This document shows, in pieces, positions 1 through 10,519 of a DNA stretch of 64,000 nucleotides; position 1 is the first letter of the stretch; each line of letters opens with the position of its first letter. The notes beneath the pieces are model-generated. The model saw only the letters and a program-made list of their open reading frames with translations, had not been told where the DNA came from and did not search any database. This DNA is from Candidatus Eiseniibacteriota bacterium (GTDB lineage Bacteria > Eisenbacteria > RBG-16-71-46 > CAIMUX01 > VGJL01): the NCBI GenBank assembly GCA_963792585.1, contig CAWBWI010000006.1:928001-992000 (forward strand). Reading direction: 5' to 3'. A program made the position numbers and the translations under genes.

Positions 1-347
1 ACGCAGCCGCCGTCATCGAAGAATTCGAGATTCCAGGTCGTGGCCACCAGTGCGTCGCCACAGCCATTATTGTTGTAATAGCCGCCCCACCAGCGGGCGA
101 GCACGATGGTCTCATCGCTCTCCAGATGAAAGTCGTTGGCGACCTCGGTCTCTAGACCAAACTGTCCGAGGATCTCCGAAGAAGCAATCAACCCCTCCAG
201 ATCCGGCGGTTCGCTCCAGCAAGCGTCGCGGTTGGAGTCGAGAACATTGGGCGGCCCGGAGGGGCCGACGGACATGGTCGGCGTCATGGCCCACACTGTG
301 CCTGCAGCCACGAAACTCATGGCGAGGATACGGGCGAGCATTTTCAT
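1..347 (-). CDS. Secreted hypothetical protein, runs off the window start
   Basis: Not in the ORF track. Read by hand: GGAGGTGA RBS, then MKMLARILAMSFVAAGTVWA (signal peptide)...CWSEPPDLEGLIASSEILGQFGLETEVANDF...WWGGYYNNNGC, open to position 1. Confidence 0.75.
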   Translation of the reverse strand, partial: MKMLARILAMSFVAAGTVWAMTPTMSVGPSGPPNVLDSNRDACWSEPPDLEGLIASSEILGQFGLETEVANDFHLESDETIVLARWWGGYYNNNGCGDALVATTWNLEFFDDGGC

Positions 348-856
348 GGTCGGTCACCTCCACGCGTCATCGAGCGCGACTCGATCATACGCCGCCCGAA
401 GGCCCGATGACAGCGGCGAAGAGGCGGCGCTCTGCAGAGTTCGCGATACAGCGCGTCGCTTCGCGCTATTGGGCGGCCCGCAGGGAGCCGCGCGATGCGG
501 GCGCAGGAGGCGGCGGGCGAAGACCTCCGCGAGCGGCCAGCCACACCCCCACGAGATTGATTCCGACAGGGAACTTCACCGCCCCGACCAGTCGCCACGC
601 CCACTCTGAAGCACTGCGACCGAGTATCGCCGAGCTTCGATTTGGTTTCCGCACGCTGTCCAGGTCCCCATGGGTGATCGCTGGGGTGCGTTCCCCCGCT
701 GGTGGCGGGAGATGCGAGCCATCGCCCTGCATTCTCCGGCTGGATGGCTGTTCCAGGGAATGCATCTCCCCTCCAGCCATCCGAAGGTCCCTGGCGGTTA
801 TCGTCACGCGAGGCGTTCGGGAACGCAAACCCCGCGGCACTCTCCTCTAGCGCCTC

Positions 857-1136
857 TCGCGGCGGCGGTCGGATCACAGGCTCCGCCGCCACGAGGTCCC
901 TGCCGCCGTCCGCTTCCCTAGCGTTTGAAATGCAATCCTCATCGAGCAGTGCGAATCCGAGCGCTGGACGCGGCGACCTCGCTGGCGACAAGACGGACGC
1001 TGAGCACGGCAGCCCCAGGTGCCTCAAGATCTTCCCCACAACCTCGGGATCGTTATGAAACGCGAGCACGATCATCGGTACACGTTGCGTCGTCGTCGAG
1101 CAGCGGGGACAGACGAGCGCATCCAGGTGCAGGACG
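857..1136 (-). mobile_element. IS91-family-like transposase C-terminal remnant, copy 1
   Basis: Translates VLHLDALVCPRCS...MIVLAFHNDPEVVGKILRHLGLP...IRPPP, resembling the CxxC / 'DPxVxxKILxHLGL' tail of IS91-type transposases. No N-terminal part present. Confidence 0.65.
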
Positions 1137-1349
1137 CGGCAAAGTAATGTCTACGGTGGCGATCGGCGGCCGGAGGTCGAGGACGGAATCGTAGTCCTTT
1201 CAATAGCCGATCTTGTCATGCAGGTGGAAGCGGACCGCGTGTTCCCATGAAGCGAAGCCGATCCGGGGATCAGTGTGTATGGAACGACCGGCCCGCGAAT
1301 CGTAACGTCGTGCCGCCCTTCTGAGGGGGCGGTCGACGGGGTTGCGGAA

Positions 1350-3653
1350 TCACCGGACAGCAACGTACGACGCCGTCCTCGTTCCCTCTGCCGACGTGAC
1401 CCGCACCTGATAAACTCCGGCGGACAGCGCGCGCCCACCGCCGGCCTGGCCGTCCCATGCGATCGTGTGGTCGCCGGCGCCGAAAATCCCCTGGAAGACC
1501 TCGCGGATCCGGCGGCCCGCCACGTCGTGAAGGCTCGCCTGGACCGGCCCGCTCCTCGTGGTCGCGAACCGGATGAAGCCGTGCGCGGATCCCGGATTGG
1601 GGAAGATCTTCAGGTGCATGCCGGCCGCGACCGCCGGGTCATCGCCGACATCCGCGCTCGCGCCGCACTGGATCGGCAGGATCTGGAGGCCGCTGGGCCC
1701 GTCCGCGACGCAGGCGAACGGTGTGCCGCCGGCAAAAATACCGTTCCAGATGCCCACGTCGGTGGCGTAGCCCGGCGTCTTCACGCCGCCGATGATCAAC
1801 GGGAGATAGACATTCGACATGTCGATCACTTGCATGCCGGCGACGTCGTCTGAGACGTAGGCGTGGTTGCCGGAGACGGTCACGCTCTTAGCAAGACCGG
1901 GAGTATCCACAAAGGCCACAGTGACAGGGGTCTGGGGATTGGTGATGTTAAGAACCCGCACACCCGCGGTCCAGTCCGCGACGAGGGCGTAGATGGAAGG
2001 GGGCTGGCTCAGGATGGCCACGTCGGCGGCAAGGCCCGGCGTGTCCACGATGCTGACGGTCTGTGGGTTCGCGGGATTCGTGATGTCAACTACCTGCATA
2101 CCGGCGCTGTTGATCGCGACGTAGGCGTAGTTGCCATGGACCGCCACGCCTTCCGCAGGGCCCGATGTCTGGACGAAGGCCACCTCGACGGGGGCTGCGG
2201 GATTCTCGACGTTCATGATCCGAACTCCCGAGGTCCAGTCCGCAACGAGGGCGTGAAGCGCCTCTGTGAGGGCCACGTCGAACGCAAAACCCGGCGTGTC
2301 CAGGCTGCCTACGATCTGAGGGTTTGCGGGGTTCGCGATCGACACGACCTGCAGGCCGTAGTCGTAGTCCGCGACGAACGCGTGGTTGCCCGCAACGGCC
2401 ACGCCGTATCCAAAACCTGGGGTATCCACTCCTCCCACGCGGTTGGGATTCGCCGGGTTGGACACATCGATCACCTGCAAACCGGAGTTCCAGTCCGCGA
2501 CGCAGGCGAGGTTGCCCGAAACGGCCACCGCGTTGGCATCGCCCGGCGTGTCCTCGGCGCCCACAATCTGGGGGCTCGTGGGATGGGTGATGTCGACGAT
2601 GTGCATACCGCCGTCAAGGTCTGCCACGTGGGCCCGGTTGCCCAGGATCGAGACGCGTATGGCAAGGCCCGGTAGGCCCACGCTGCCTACGACACGAGGG
2701 TCCGTGGGATCCGTGATGTCGACCACGACGAGCCCGCCGATCGAATCGGCGACATAGGCGAAGTTACCGCTCACGGCCACGCCGTTGGCATGGCCCGGAG
2801 TATCCACGCTGCCCCTGATCTCAGGGCCCGGGGGGTTCAGGACGCTGACCACAACCAGACCGTTGGCCCCGTCTGCGACATATGCGTAGTTCCCCGAGAC
2901 GACCACGCCGCGGGCATCGCCCGGGGTGTCCACGCCACCCACGCGAATCGGATTCGTCGGCTCATCCACGTCGACAATGGCAAGGCCATGAAGTCCGTCC
3001 GCGACGGCGAGGATCACTCCGAAGGGATAGGAGAGCCGGTTCGCATCGTTCGCAGTGCCCGGAGTATCCAGGCTCCCCACGATCACCGGATTCGGCGGGT
3101 TCGCGACGTTGATCACCTGCAGACCCGCCTCCTGGTCCGCGACGAAGAGCAGGGGGTACTCGAGTTCCATCCCCGAGGCCCGGTCCGGAGTGTTCACGCT
3201 GCCGACGATCTGAGGGTTCTGGGGATTCGTGATGTCGATCACCACCACCCCGGTCGCCCAGTCTCCGATATACGCATAGTTGCCGAGGACCTTCACCGCG
3301 ACAGCGAAACCCGGCGTGTCCACCTGGCCCACGACTTGCGGGTTTGCGGCATCCGTGACGCTGATCACCTTGAAGCCGGCGGCACCGTCCGCGGCGTACG
3401 CCCAGACGTCGAGTCCTCCATCGTCCACGACGGCGACATCGTAGACCTGGCCCGGCGTGTCGATCGCCGAGGTCCACCTGACGAAGTCCTGATAGTCGAT
3501 GCAGCCTTCCTGGGCCCAAGCGGGCGAGGAAGCGGTCAGCGCGAGGCAAGCACCGAGCAGGCACCGCGCCAGGGTCATGCTCCACGACAAGGAACGACCG
3601 CGAGACGCGGATGCGAGGACGGCCGATGGCCGCTGACCTTCATGGGATCGCAT
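1350..3653 (-). CDS. LVIVD-repeat beta-propeller secreted protein with C-terminal FlgD-Ig/T9SS-A-like domain
   Basis: Many repeats of 'DTPGxAxxVAVSGNxAYVADxxxGLQVIDxxNP'; signal peptide; tail FPNP...HDVAGRRIR...WDG...GVYQVRV. True start may be the later Met (MTLARC). Confidence 0.9.
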   Translation of the reverse strand: MRSHEGQRPSAVLASASRGRSLSWSMTLARCLLGACLALTASSPAWAQEGCIDYQDFVRWTSAIDTPGQVYDVAVVDDGGLDVWAYAADGAAGFKVISVTDAANPQVVGQVDTPGFAVAVKVLGNYAYIGDWATGVVVIDITNPQNPQIVGSVNTPDRASGMELEYPLLFVADQEAGLQVINVANPPNPVIVGSLDTPGTANDANRLSYPFGVILAVADGLHGLAIVDVDEPTNPIRVGGVDTPGDARGVVVSGNYAYVADGANGLVVVSVLNPPGPEIRGSVDTPGHANGVAVSGNFAYVADSIGGLVVVDITDPTDPRVVGSVGLPGLAIRVSILGNRAHVADLDGGMHIVDITHPTSPQIVGAEDTPGDANAVAVSGNLACVADWNSGLQVIDVSNPANPNRVGGVDTPGFGYGVAVAGNHAFVADYDYGLQVVSIANPANPQIVGSLDTPGFAFDVALTEALHALVADWTSGVRIMNVENPAAPVEVAFVQTSGPAEGVAVHGNYAYVAINSAGMQVVDITNPANPQTVSIVDTPGLAADVAILSQPPSIYALVADWTAGVRVLNITNPQTPVTVAFVDTPGLAKSVTVSGNHAYVSDDVAGMQVIDMSNVYLPLIIGGVKTPGYATDVGIWNGIFAGGTPFACVADGPSGLQILPIQCGASADVGDDPAVAAGMHLKIFPNPGSAHGFIRFATTRSGPVQASLHDVAGRRIREVFQGIFGAGDHTIAWDGQAGGGRALSAGVYQVRVTSAEGTRTASYVAVR

Positions 3654-3944
3654 AGCTCTATCCTCCTATGGCTCTCGAACCCGGCCGGTTTCGCAGTTGG
3701 TGCCGATCCTCGGCTCTCTCATCACATACAGCCGCAAAAGGAGGCCCGACCCCGCCAGAGATTCCGCCGCGCGGGGATCCTCAAGACAGGAGGGGGCCGA
3801 GCGTGAGAACAGGCGATTCCGCCGAATGACGGCAGCGGACCAATGGACCCTTGAGCCGGAGGATTTCAGCGGGATCCGCAGGGGCGGGGCGTGACAGGAG
3901 GCGTGGAGGGAGCCCTCGTACGCGCCGTCGCCCCGGAGCGGCGA

Positions 3945-6900
3945 CTACGGGGCCGAGGGACCGGGCCCCGAAGAGGACTCGGACGGTCGTTCCGAAGAGG
4001 AAGCCCCCGCGCGCCAGAGCGCGGCCTGATCCGGCCGGCCCCGCCGTTCGTAGAATCCCGCGATCTCCCCGGCCACCCTTCGGGATCGCGGATGCTCGGC
4101 GCCCAGGTCCCCGGCGACGACCTCGTATCCTGCGAGGAGCTCGCGCTCGGCTTCGTCGACTCGGCCGAGGGCGGCGAGAGCCAGTCCACGGTTGCTACGA
4201 AGGTTGCCGAAGTTGGCGTGCCCTGCGGGCCACAGCCCAGATGCGAGCGCGAGACCGGCCGTGAACTGCGCCTCCGCTTCCTCCGCGCGACCGAGATCCA
4301 GATGCGCCTTCCCCAAGTTGTTCATCGCCACGGCGATGTCCGGGTGGCTCTCGCCGTGGACGCGCCGGAAGATGGCTCCTGCCTCGCTGAAAGCGGGGAT
4401 CGCATCCTCGGACCGCCCCATCAGGCGGTAGAGGGCGCCGAGATTGTTGAGCGCGACGGCGACGTCCCAATGCGTCTCGCCCACTGCGCGGCGCGTCCTC
4501 TCGAGTGAGGAGAGTCGAAGCGCCAGCGCCTCCTCTAGCGCGCCGGTTTCTTGGAGCGCCACGGCCAGAGTCTCCTTCGCTTTCGAGACCTCGGGGTTGT
4601 CCGCTCCGAGGCTTCGCTCGAGCGTCGCGATCGCTTCGCGCTCGAGCGGAATCGTCTCGCTGAAGCGTCCGGCTTCATTGAGCACGACCCCGAGGCTCGC
4701 GAGGGCGAACGCCGTGTTCGTGTGGGTCGGGCCGAGGATGCGGGTGTAGATCTCGATCGCTTCGCGCTGGAGCCGCTCCGCCTCGTCCAGCTCGTGGGTC
4801 GCCCGGAGCACGGCGGCAAGCCCGTCCGCGGCTGACGCGACCTCCACGTGGTCGACGACGTGCACGCGCCGGAACATGTCCAGCGCGTCCCGGCCAGCCT
4901 CCACCGCCGCGTCGTAGCGGCCCTGCTTCCTATGGAGCCGGCAGAGATCCATGAGACTTCGCGCGAGTTCCGCCCCGTCGTCTCCTGATCGGGCTCGACG
5001 CATGGCGACCGCCGCCGACAGGAACGACTCTGCCTCGCCGTAGCGTCCCAGGTTTGTGAAGTTGGCACCGCGCGTGCGGAGGTAGCGCTCTCGCACCCCG
5101 ACCCGAAGTGCAGACAGCGCCTCGATCTCCTGGCCGAGAACCGCAAGCTGGGACTCGCCGTTCGCGTAGTCGCCGCGTCGAACGGTCAGTTCAGCAAGCA
5201 GCATCCGACTCTCAATCGTCTCGGGTGCGAGCGGACCCCGCTCGCGTCGCCACATCTCGGCCGCGCGCAGCATCTGGCGCTGCGCCTCTTCGTAGAGGCC
5301 GAGCCCCATGTAGGTGGAACCGAGCGCATGCCGTACGCCCGCCTCCACGAGCGCGGGCGCGCTTGTCTTCTCGTCTAGCTCGCGCGCGGCACGGTCTACC
5401 AGTTCCCGAAGGGTCACCTCCGATCCGCGCGGGTTCATCTCCGGGTTCGCATCGAGGAGCATCCGGGTAAGGAGTGCGTTGACCGCGGTTGCGACCTCTG
5501 CCTGCCCGCGGGCTTCCGCCTCCGCACGGCGTGCGCGCGCTGCCTGCATCAGCGTCGCGGCCAGACCCGCCAGGAGCACGGCAATCGCCGCTGCCGCCCC
5601 CGCCGCGAGGGTCGTGGTCGTGGCGAGCCCAACCGCGAGGGCCACCGCAATGATCACGCCGGCAGCGACGGGAGCGCGATGGCGCCGCGCGAGCTTCTGC
5701 AGGCGGTAGGTCACGCTCGGCGCGGCCGCCAGGACCGGCTCGTCGCGCAGGTGCCGCTCAATGTCGTCGGCGAATGCCGCCGCCGATGGATACCGCTGCT
5801 CTCGCTCCTTGGCCATTGCCTTCAGCACGATCCAGTCCAGATCACCGCGCAGTTCCCGCGCGGCGCAGGGCGCCTTTCCGCGTTCGCTCGCGTCCGCGCC
5901 CGCACCCCCCGGCGCACGGGCGCCGGGCCCGCTCCCGCCGTCGACGTCGACCGCGCTCGGCCTCGGAGGGTCCTCCTCGCGAAGAAGTCGCTGGACCTCC
6001 GCGATCCCGATCCGACGCAACCGCTCGGGCTCGAACGGAAGCCTTCCGGTAAGGAGCCGATAGAGCACGACGCCGAGCGAATAGACGTCGGTGCGGGTGT
6101 CCACGTCGATTCCGCCCGACATCGCCTGCTCCGGGCTCATGAACTCTGGCGTCCCGAGGAAGTCGCCGGCCCCCGTGTGCAGGGTCTCGCCCGAGAGCGC
6201 CCCGGCCGTGGCCTTCGCGATCCCGAAGTCGATGACCCTGGGATGAGGCTTGCCGTCCGTCGCCGAGACCAGGATGTTCGAAGGCTTCAGGTCTCGGTGG
6301 ATGATCCCTTTCTGGTGCGCGTGCTCGACCGCGCGGCAGACGGCGACGAACAGCGCTAGACCCTCGCGCAGCGAAAGCCGCCGATGCTCGCAGAACTCGG
6401 AGATCGACTGACCCGAGACAAGCTCCATGGCAAAGTAGGGTCGGCCTGTTTCCGTCATCCCCGCGTCGTAGACCTTGGCAATCGATGGGTGCTCCATCAG
6501 AGCGAGCGTTTGGCGCTCCGCCTCGAAACGCGCCAGCACTGCCTTCGAGTCCATGCCCGCCTTCAGTACCTTGAGAGCGACCCGGCGTCGAACCGGTGTC
6601 GTCTGCTCGGCTTCGTAGACCTCGCCGAAACCGCCCTCGCCGAGCTGACGGAGGATACGATAGGAACCGATCGACTCGGGCAGCGCCGTGACCACACGGA
6701 TACCCGAGTTCTCCGGATCGCCCGAGAGGCCGTCGGGCCCGCGCCCGGTCGCGCCGGGGTGGAGGATCGGCGGAGGCAGGGAGGACTCTGCACTGGATTC
6801 GCGTGCCAGAAGATCCAGGACCTCGTTGCGGAGACTGTCGTCGCCGCGGCACTGGTCTTCGAGAAACCCGGCCCGCTCGTGCACGGGAAGGTCGAGGCAA

Positions 6901-6947
6901 TCGAGGAACAGCTCCTCGATCCGTCGATGTCGACTCCCGATGTTCAT
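3945..6947 (-). CDS. Membrane Ser/Thr protein kinase with C-terminal TPR repeats
   Basis: GEGGFGEV, VALKVLK, HRDLKPSN, DFG and GTPEFMSPE motifs; hydrophobic TM segments; TPR-like repeats. Confidence 0.93.
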   Translation of the reverse strand: MNIGSRHRRIEELFLDCLDLPVHERAGFLEDQCRGDDSLRNEVLDLLARESSAESSLPPPILHPGATGRGPDGLSGDPENSGIRVVTALPESIGSYRILRQLGEGGFGEVYEAEQTTPVRRRVALKVLKAGMDSKAVLARFEAERQTLALMEHPSIAKVYDAGMTETGRPYFAMELVSGQSISEFCEHRRLSLREGLALFVAVCRAVEHAHQKGIIHRDLKPSNILVSATDGKPHPRVIDFGIAKATAGALSGETLHTGAGDFLGTPEFMSPEQAMSGGIDVDTRTDVYSLGVVLYRLLTGRLPFEPERLRRIGIAEVQRLLREEDPPRPSAVDVDGGSGPGARAPGGAGADASERGKAPCAARELRGDLDWIVLKAMAKEREQRYPSAAAFADDIERHLRDEPVLAAAPSVTYRLQKLARRHRAPVAAGVIIAVALAVGLATTTTLAAGAAAAIAVLLAGLAATLMQAARARRAEAEARGQAEVATAVNALLTRMLLDANPEMNPRGSEVTLRELVDRAARELDEKTSAPALVEAGVRHALGSTYMGLGLYEEAQRQMLRAAEMWRRERGPLAPETIESRMLLAELTVRRGDYANGESQLAVLGQEIEALSALRVGVRERYLRTRGANFTNLGRYGEAESFLSAAVAMRRARSGDDGAELARSLMDLCRLHRKQGRYDAAVEAGRDALDMFRRVHVVDHVEVASAADGLAAVLRATHELDEAERLQREAIEIYTRILGPTHTNTAFALASLGVVLNEAGRFSETIPLEREAIATLERSLGADNPEVSKAKETLAVALQETGALEEALALRLSSLERTRRAVGETHWDVAVALNNLGALYRLMGRSEDAIPAFSEAGAIFRRVHGESHPDIAVAMNNLGKAHLDLGRAEEAEAQFTAGLALASGLWPAGHANFGNLRSNRGLALAALGRVDEAERELLAGYEVVAGDLGAEHPRSRRVAGEIAGFYERRGRPDQAALWRAGASSSERPSESSSGPGPSAP

Positions 6948-7266
6948 GGCGAAACTCCCCCAATCCTGCGCACAAGGAACGCACTTCGAATCCCCTCGCC
7001 CGCCATGCCCACGAAGCGCCCCCTGCCTTCAATACCCCAGCCAGCAGCGGCGCATGAGCGAGGCCAGAGACTGGCGGGGCACCACCGAGCTGACTGGAAG
7101 ACACGCGATTCTAGCATCCCGCGATGGGCGCGAACGGGAGTGGTCCCCGGCTGATCTGTGGTACAGTTCTTCGTTCTTCACGGGCCCCCGGCCTTCTCCC
7201 CGACCGCGCGCGGACCGGGAGCACGACCCAGCAATCCGCTCGGCCCCGCAGGATCGGAGTCCGGAC

Positions 7267-7857
7267 ATGGAAGACGAGGGCAGAAACGAGATCACGAGGC
7301 TTCTGAACCGCGCGGCCCGGGGGGATGGCGCGGCGGCCGGCGATGTCTTCCCGGCGATCTACTCCGAGCTGCGGCGACTCGCCTCGGCCAAGCTCTCGCG
7401 GATGCCCCGCGGCGGGACGCTCCAGACCACGGCGCTTGTCCACGAGGCCTACCTCCGGATCGTCGACAGGAACCCGCAGGGCTGGGAGAGCACCCGCCAC
7501 TTCTACTTCACGGCCGCACGAGCGATGCGCGACATCCTGGTCGAGGAGGCGCGGAGCCGCACGAGCCTGAAGCGCGGTGCGGGCAGCGACCCTGTCTCTC
7601 TCGGCGAGGCGGATACGAAGGCGGAAGAGGCGTGGACCTTCGACACCACGCCCGAGGAGGTCCTGGCGCTCGACTCCGCGCTGACCAAGCTCGAACGCGA
7701 AGACGAGGAAGGGCACCGGCTCGTCCTGCTGCGCTACTACACCGGGCTCAGTCTTCCCGAAATCGCCCGGTTGCTCGGCGCCTCCCTTCGCACGGTCGAG
7801 CGACGCTGGCGGTTCCTGCGCGTCTGGCTCCAGAGGGAGATCGAGGGCGCGGCCTGA
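7267..7857 (+). CDS. ECF RNA polymerase sigma factor, kinase-associated (TIGR02999-like) type
   Basis: MEDEGRNEITRLL...IYSELRRLA...TLQTTALVHEAYLR...AMRDILVE...LSLPEIA...RTVERRW. Start set at ATG 7267. Confidence 0.9.
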   Translation: MEDEGRNEITRLLNRAARGDGAAAGDVFPAIYSELRRLASAKLSRMPRGGTLQTTALVHEAYLRIVDRNPQGWESTRHFYFTAARAMRDILVEEARSRTSLKRGAGSDPVSLGEADTKAEEAWTFDTTPEEVLALDSALTKLEREDEEGHRLVLLRYYTGLSLPEIARLLGASLRTVERRWRFLRVWLQREIEGAA

Positions 7858-7904
7858 AGGATGCCGGTGGCCGGCTGTAGACCGAGGCGAGCCCCGGGCT
7901 TCGA

Positions 7905-8183
7905 CCACGAGCCGGCGGATCATCCGCGCACCGTTTCGATGGCGGCCCCGAACAGTAGCAGGAAGATCCGGAGGACGGTCCACTGGGTCTTCACCGCGGC
8001 TTGGTCCAGCCAGACCGCCGCGCCGATCTGAAGATCCCGCACCCACAGGCGCACAGCACGGCAGCCCTGGGTGCCACAAGCTCTTTCCCCGCAACCTCGG
8101 GATGGGTCAGAAACGCGAGCACGATCATGGGCACACGCTGCGTCGTCGTCGAGGAGCGGGGACAGGCGAGCGCATCCAGGTAC
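7905..8183 (-). mobile_element. IS91-family-like transposase C-terminal remnant, copy 2 (degenerate)
   Basis: Nucleotide match to ~1000-1130 (shared 'gaaacgcgagcacgatcat', 'gcgtcgtcgtcgag..gcggggacag.cgagcgcatccaggt'); translates LDALACPRSSTTTQRVPMIVLAFLTHPEV and then frameshifts. Confidence 0.6.
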
Positions 8184-8225
8184 CGGTGGCGGTGCGCCTG
8201 ATCCGGATCCCTTAGCTTCGATCCG

Positions 8226-10268
8226 CTATTTCAAACGCGTGATCGGCACGGACTGGATCTTCCCGTTCGTTCGCAGCCGCGCAAGGTAGATTCCCGAGGA
8301 CACGGCCTGTCCGTATGCGTCACGCCCGTCCCAGCCGATCGAGTAGGTCCCGGCATCCATGACCACACCGGGGACCAACGTCCGTAGCACCCGACCGCCG
8401 ACGTCGTAGAGCCGGACCTCCACGTGCGATCGGGTCGGGAGGGAATATCGGATCCGTGTCTCCCGGGCGAACGGATTCGGCAGCGCTTCGAACACTGCCC
8501 GCGCCGGGCCGGCCGTTTCGGCGCTCGCGGTCACGTCGTCGGGCAGCAAGGCCAGGCTGTGATCCCCACCCCCGGCGATCAGAACGAATCCCGTGTTCGG
8601 CGACGGGACGTCGCGCTGGCCATCGTAGTTGGCGCCCCACACCACGACGGATCCGTCGGTCCGAAGACCGAGGCTGTGGTACCCGCCGCCGGCGACCGCA
8701 GCGAAACCGGTATTGGGCGCCGGCACGTCGCACTGTCCGTAGGAGTTGTATCCCCAGGCCACGATCGAGCCATCGTTCCGGAGGGCGAGACTGTGAAATC
8801 CGTTCGCGGCGACGGCCACGAAGTTCTCGTTGGGCACGGGCTCGATCGACTGCCCGACATCCGCCCACCCCGTCTCCCCGGGCTCTCCGGCTCCCCAGGC
8901 GGCGACAGTGCCGTCATTCTTCAACCCAACGCAGTGGTAGCCGCCCGCCGCGATCGCGACGAAGTTGGCGTTCGGCGCGGGGACGAAGCACTGTCCCATG
9001 TCGTTGTGGCCCCAAGCGATGACGGTACCGTTGGACTTGAGCCCCGCGCTGTGGAAACCGCCGGCCGCGACCGCGATGAAGTCGACGTTCGGCGGCGGCA
9101 CATCGCACTGCCCATCCTCGTTGGCGCCCCATGCCACGATCGTGCCGTCCTCCTTCAGGCCTAGGCTGTGGAACGCCCCGGCCGAGGCCCCCGCGAAGTC
9201 GGAGTTCGGCTCCGGCACATCGCTCTGGCCATTGTCATCAGATCCCCACGCAACCATGACCCCGTCGGCCTTCACGCCGAGGTTGTGCGCCCCGCCCCCC
9301 GCGAGCGCCACGAAGTTCGAGTTCGGCTCGGGAACGTTGCGCTGGCCGTAATGGTTCCCCCCCCAAGTCACTGGGATCCCGTCCGCCCGGATCGCGAGCG
9401 AGTGGGCGTAGCCGCAGGCCAGGTCGACGAATCCCGTGTTCTGGGCCGGCACGTCGCACTGACCATAGTAGTTGGCCCCCCAGGCCACGACGGAGCCGTC
9501 AGCTTTCAGCCCCAAGCTGTGGCCCCATGCCGCCGCGACGGCCACGAAATCCTGGTTCGGCGACGGAACGTTGCATTGATGCTCGAAGTTGTCCCCCCAG
9601 GCGGCGATCGAACCGTCGGCCCTCAGGCCCAGAGTGTGGTAGCCGCCCGCGGCGATCGCGACGAAGTTGGCGTTGGGCGGCGGTGGGTTGCACTGTCCGT
9701 TGTTGTTGAACCCCCACGCCACGATCGAGCCATCGGCCTTCAGTCCGACGCTGTGGTAGCCGCCGGCGGCGATCGCGACGAAGTTCGTGTTCGGAGGTGG
9801 CACGATGCACTCGCCATAGAGGTTCCATCCGGAGGCGACGATGGAACCGTTGGCCTTGAGAGCTAGGCTGTGGTACCAGCCCGCCGCGACCGCGACGAAA
9901 TCCCCGTTGGGGCCCGGGAGATCGCACTGGCCGAACTCGTTGTATCCCCACGCGACGATCGATCCATCCTCCGACAGGCCCAGACTGTGGTACCAGCCGG
10001 CTGCGATCGCCTCGAAGCCCGCATTCGGGCCCGGGATGTCGCACTGGTCGAAGTCGTTTCTGCCCCAGGCCAGCAAGGAGCCGTCCGCTTTCAGGGCCAG
10101 GGTGTGATACCCCCCCGCTTCCACCGCCACGAGGCCCGTCAGCTTCTCGTCGGCCACGACGACCTGGCTCCCCCAACCGACGATCGACCCGGCTTCCTGG
10201 GCCCGGGACGATGTTCCGGATGAAGCTGACAGGACGGCTGCGAGAAGTAAGATCCTGGAATAGTTCAT
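8226..10268 (-). CDS. RCC1-repeat secreted protein with C-terminal FlgD-Ig/T9SS-A-like domain
   Basis: About 14 repeats of 'AIAAGGYHSLGLKADGSIVAWGxNxxGQCDVP'; start MNYSRILLL behind GAGGAG; tail PNPF...YDVGGR...WDG...SGIYLARL. Confidence 0.9.
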   Translation of the reverse strand: MNYSRILLLAAVLSASSGTSSRAQEAGSIVGWGSQVVVADEKLTGLVAVEAGGYHTLALKADGSLLAWGRNDFDQCDIPGPNAGFEAIAAGWYHSLGLSEDGSIVAWGYNEFGQCDLPGPNGDFVAVAAGWYHSLALKANGSIVASGWNLYGECIVPPPNTNFVAIAAGGYHSVGLKADGSIVAWGFNNNGQCNPPPPNANFVAIAAGGYHTLGLRADGSIAAWGDNFEHQCNVPSPNQDFVAVAAAWGHSLGLKADGSVVAWGANYYGQCDVPAQNTGFVDLACGYAHSLAIRADGIPVTWGGNHYGQRNVPEPNSNFVALAGGGAHNLGVKADGVMVAWGSDDNGQSDVPEPNSDFAGASAGAFHSLGLKEDGTIVAWGANEDGQCDVPPPNVDFIAVAAGGFHSAGLKSNGTVIAWGHNDMGQCFVPAPNANFVAIAAGGYHCVGLKNDGTVAAWGAGEPGETGWADVGQSIEPVPNENFVAVAANGFHSLALRNDGSIVAWGYNSYGQCDVPAPNTGFAAVAGGGYHSLGLRTDGSVVVWGANYDGQRDVPSPNTGFVLIAGGGDHSLALLPDDVTASAETAGPARAVFEALPNPFARETRIRYSLPTRSHVEVRLYDVGGRVLRTLVPGVVMDAGTYSIGWDGRDAYGQAVSSGIYLARLRTNGKIQSVPITRLK

Positions 10269-10519
10269 CGTCCTCTCCTCCGTTGTGTGCGCGGCCGATT
10301 CCCTCTCGCCGGCGCGCGCCAGCGAGTTCACTCCGCGGCCATCGAGCAGTCCGAGCAGCCGTTCGTCGGCTCCCCGGAACGCCGGGTCGCCGAATCATAC
10401 CGAGGCGGGCGAACGGGACAGGATGAAGGCGAGGGGCGGTCGTCCCCAGGAGTCGGCCAGTGCGCGGGACTCGTATAGCCCACGCACTGGCCTGGTTGTT
10501 GTGCCCCTCTTTTCATGGT

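Noticed and set aside
350..850. Several overlapping ORFs or a possible IS end
   Set aside because: Arg/Pro-rich translations without motifs; I could not identify a terminal IS sequence by eye.
1800..10150. Regular DNA repeats as a CRISPR array
   Set aside because: They are degenerate in-frame LVIVD and RCC1 protein repeats, with no constant repeat and unique spacers.
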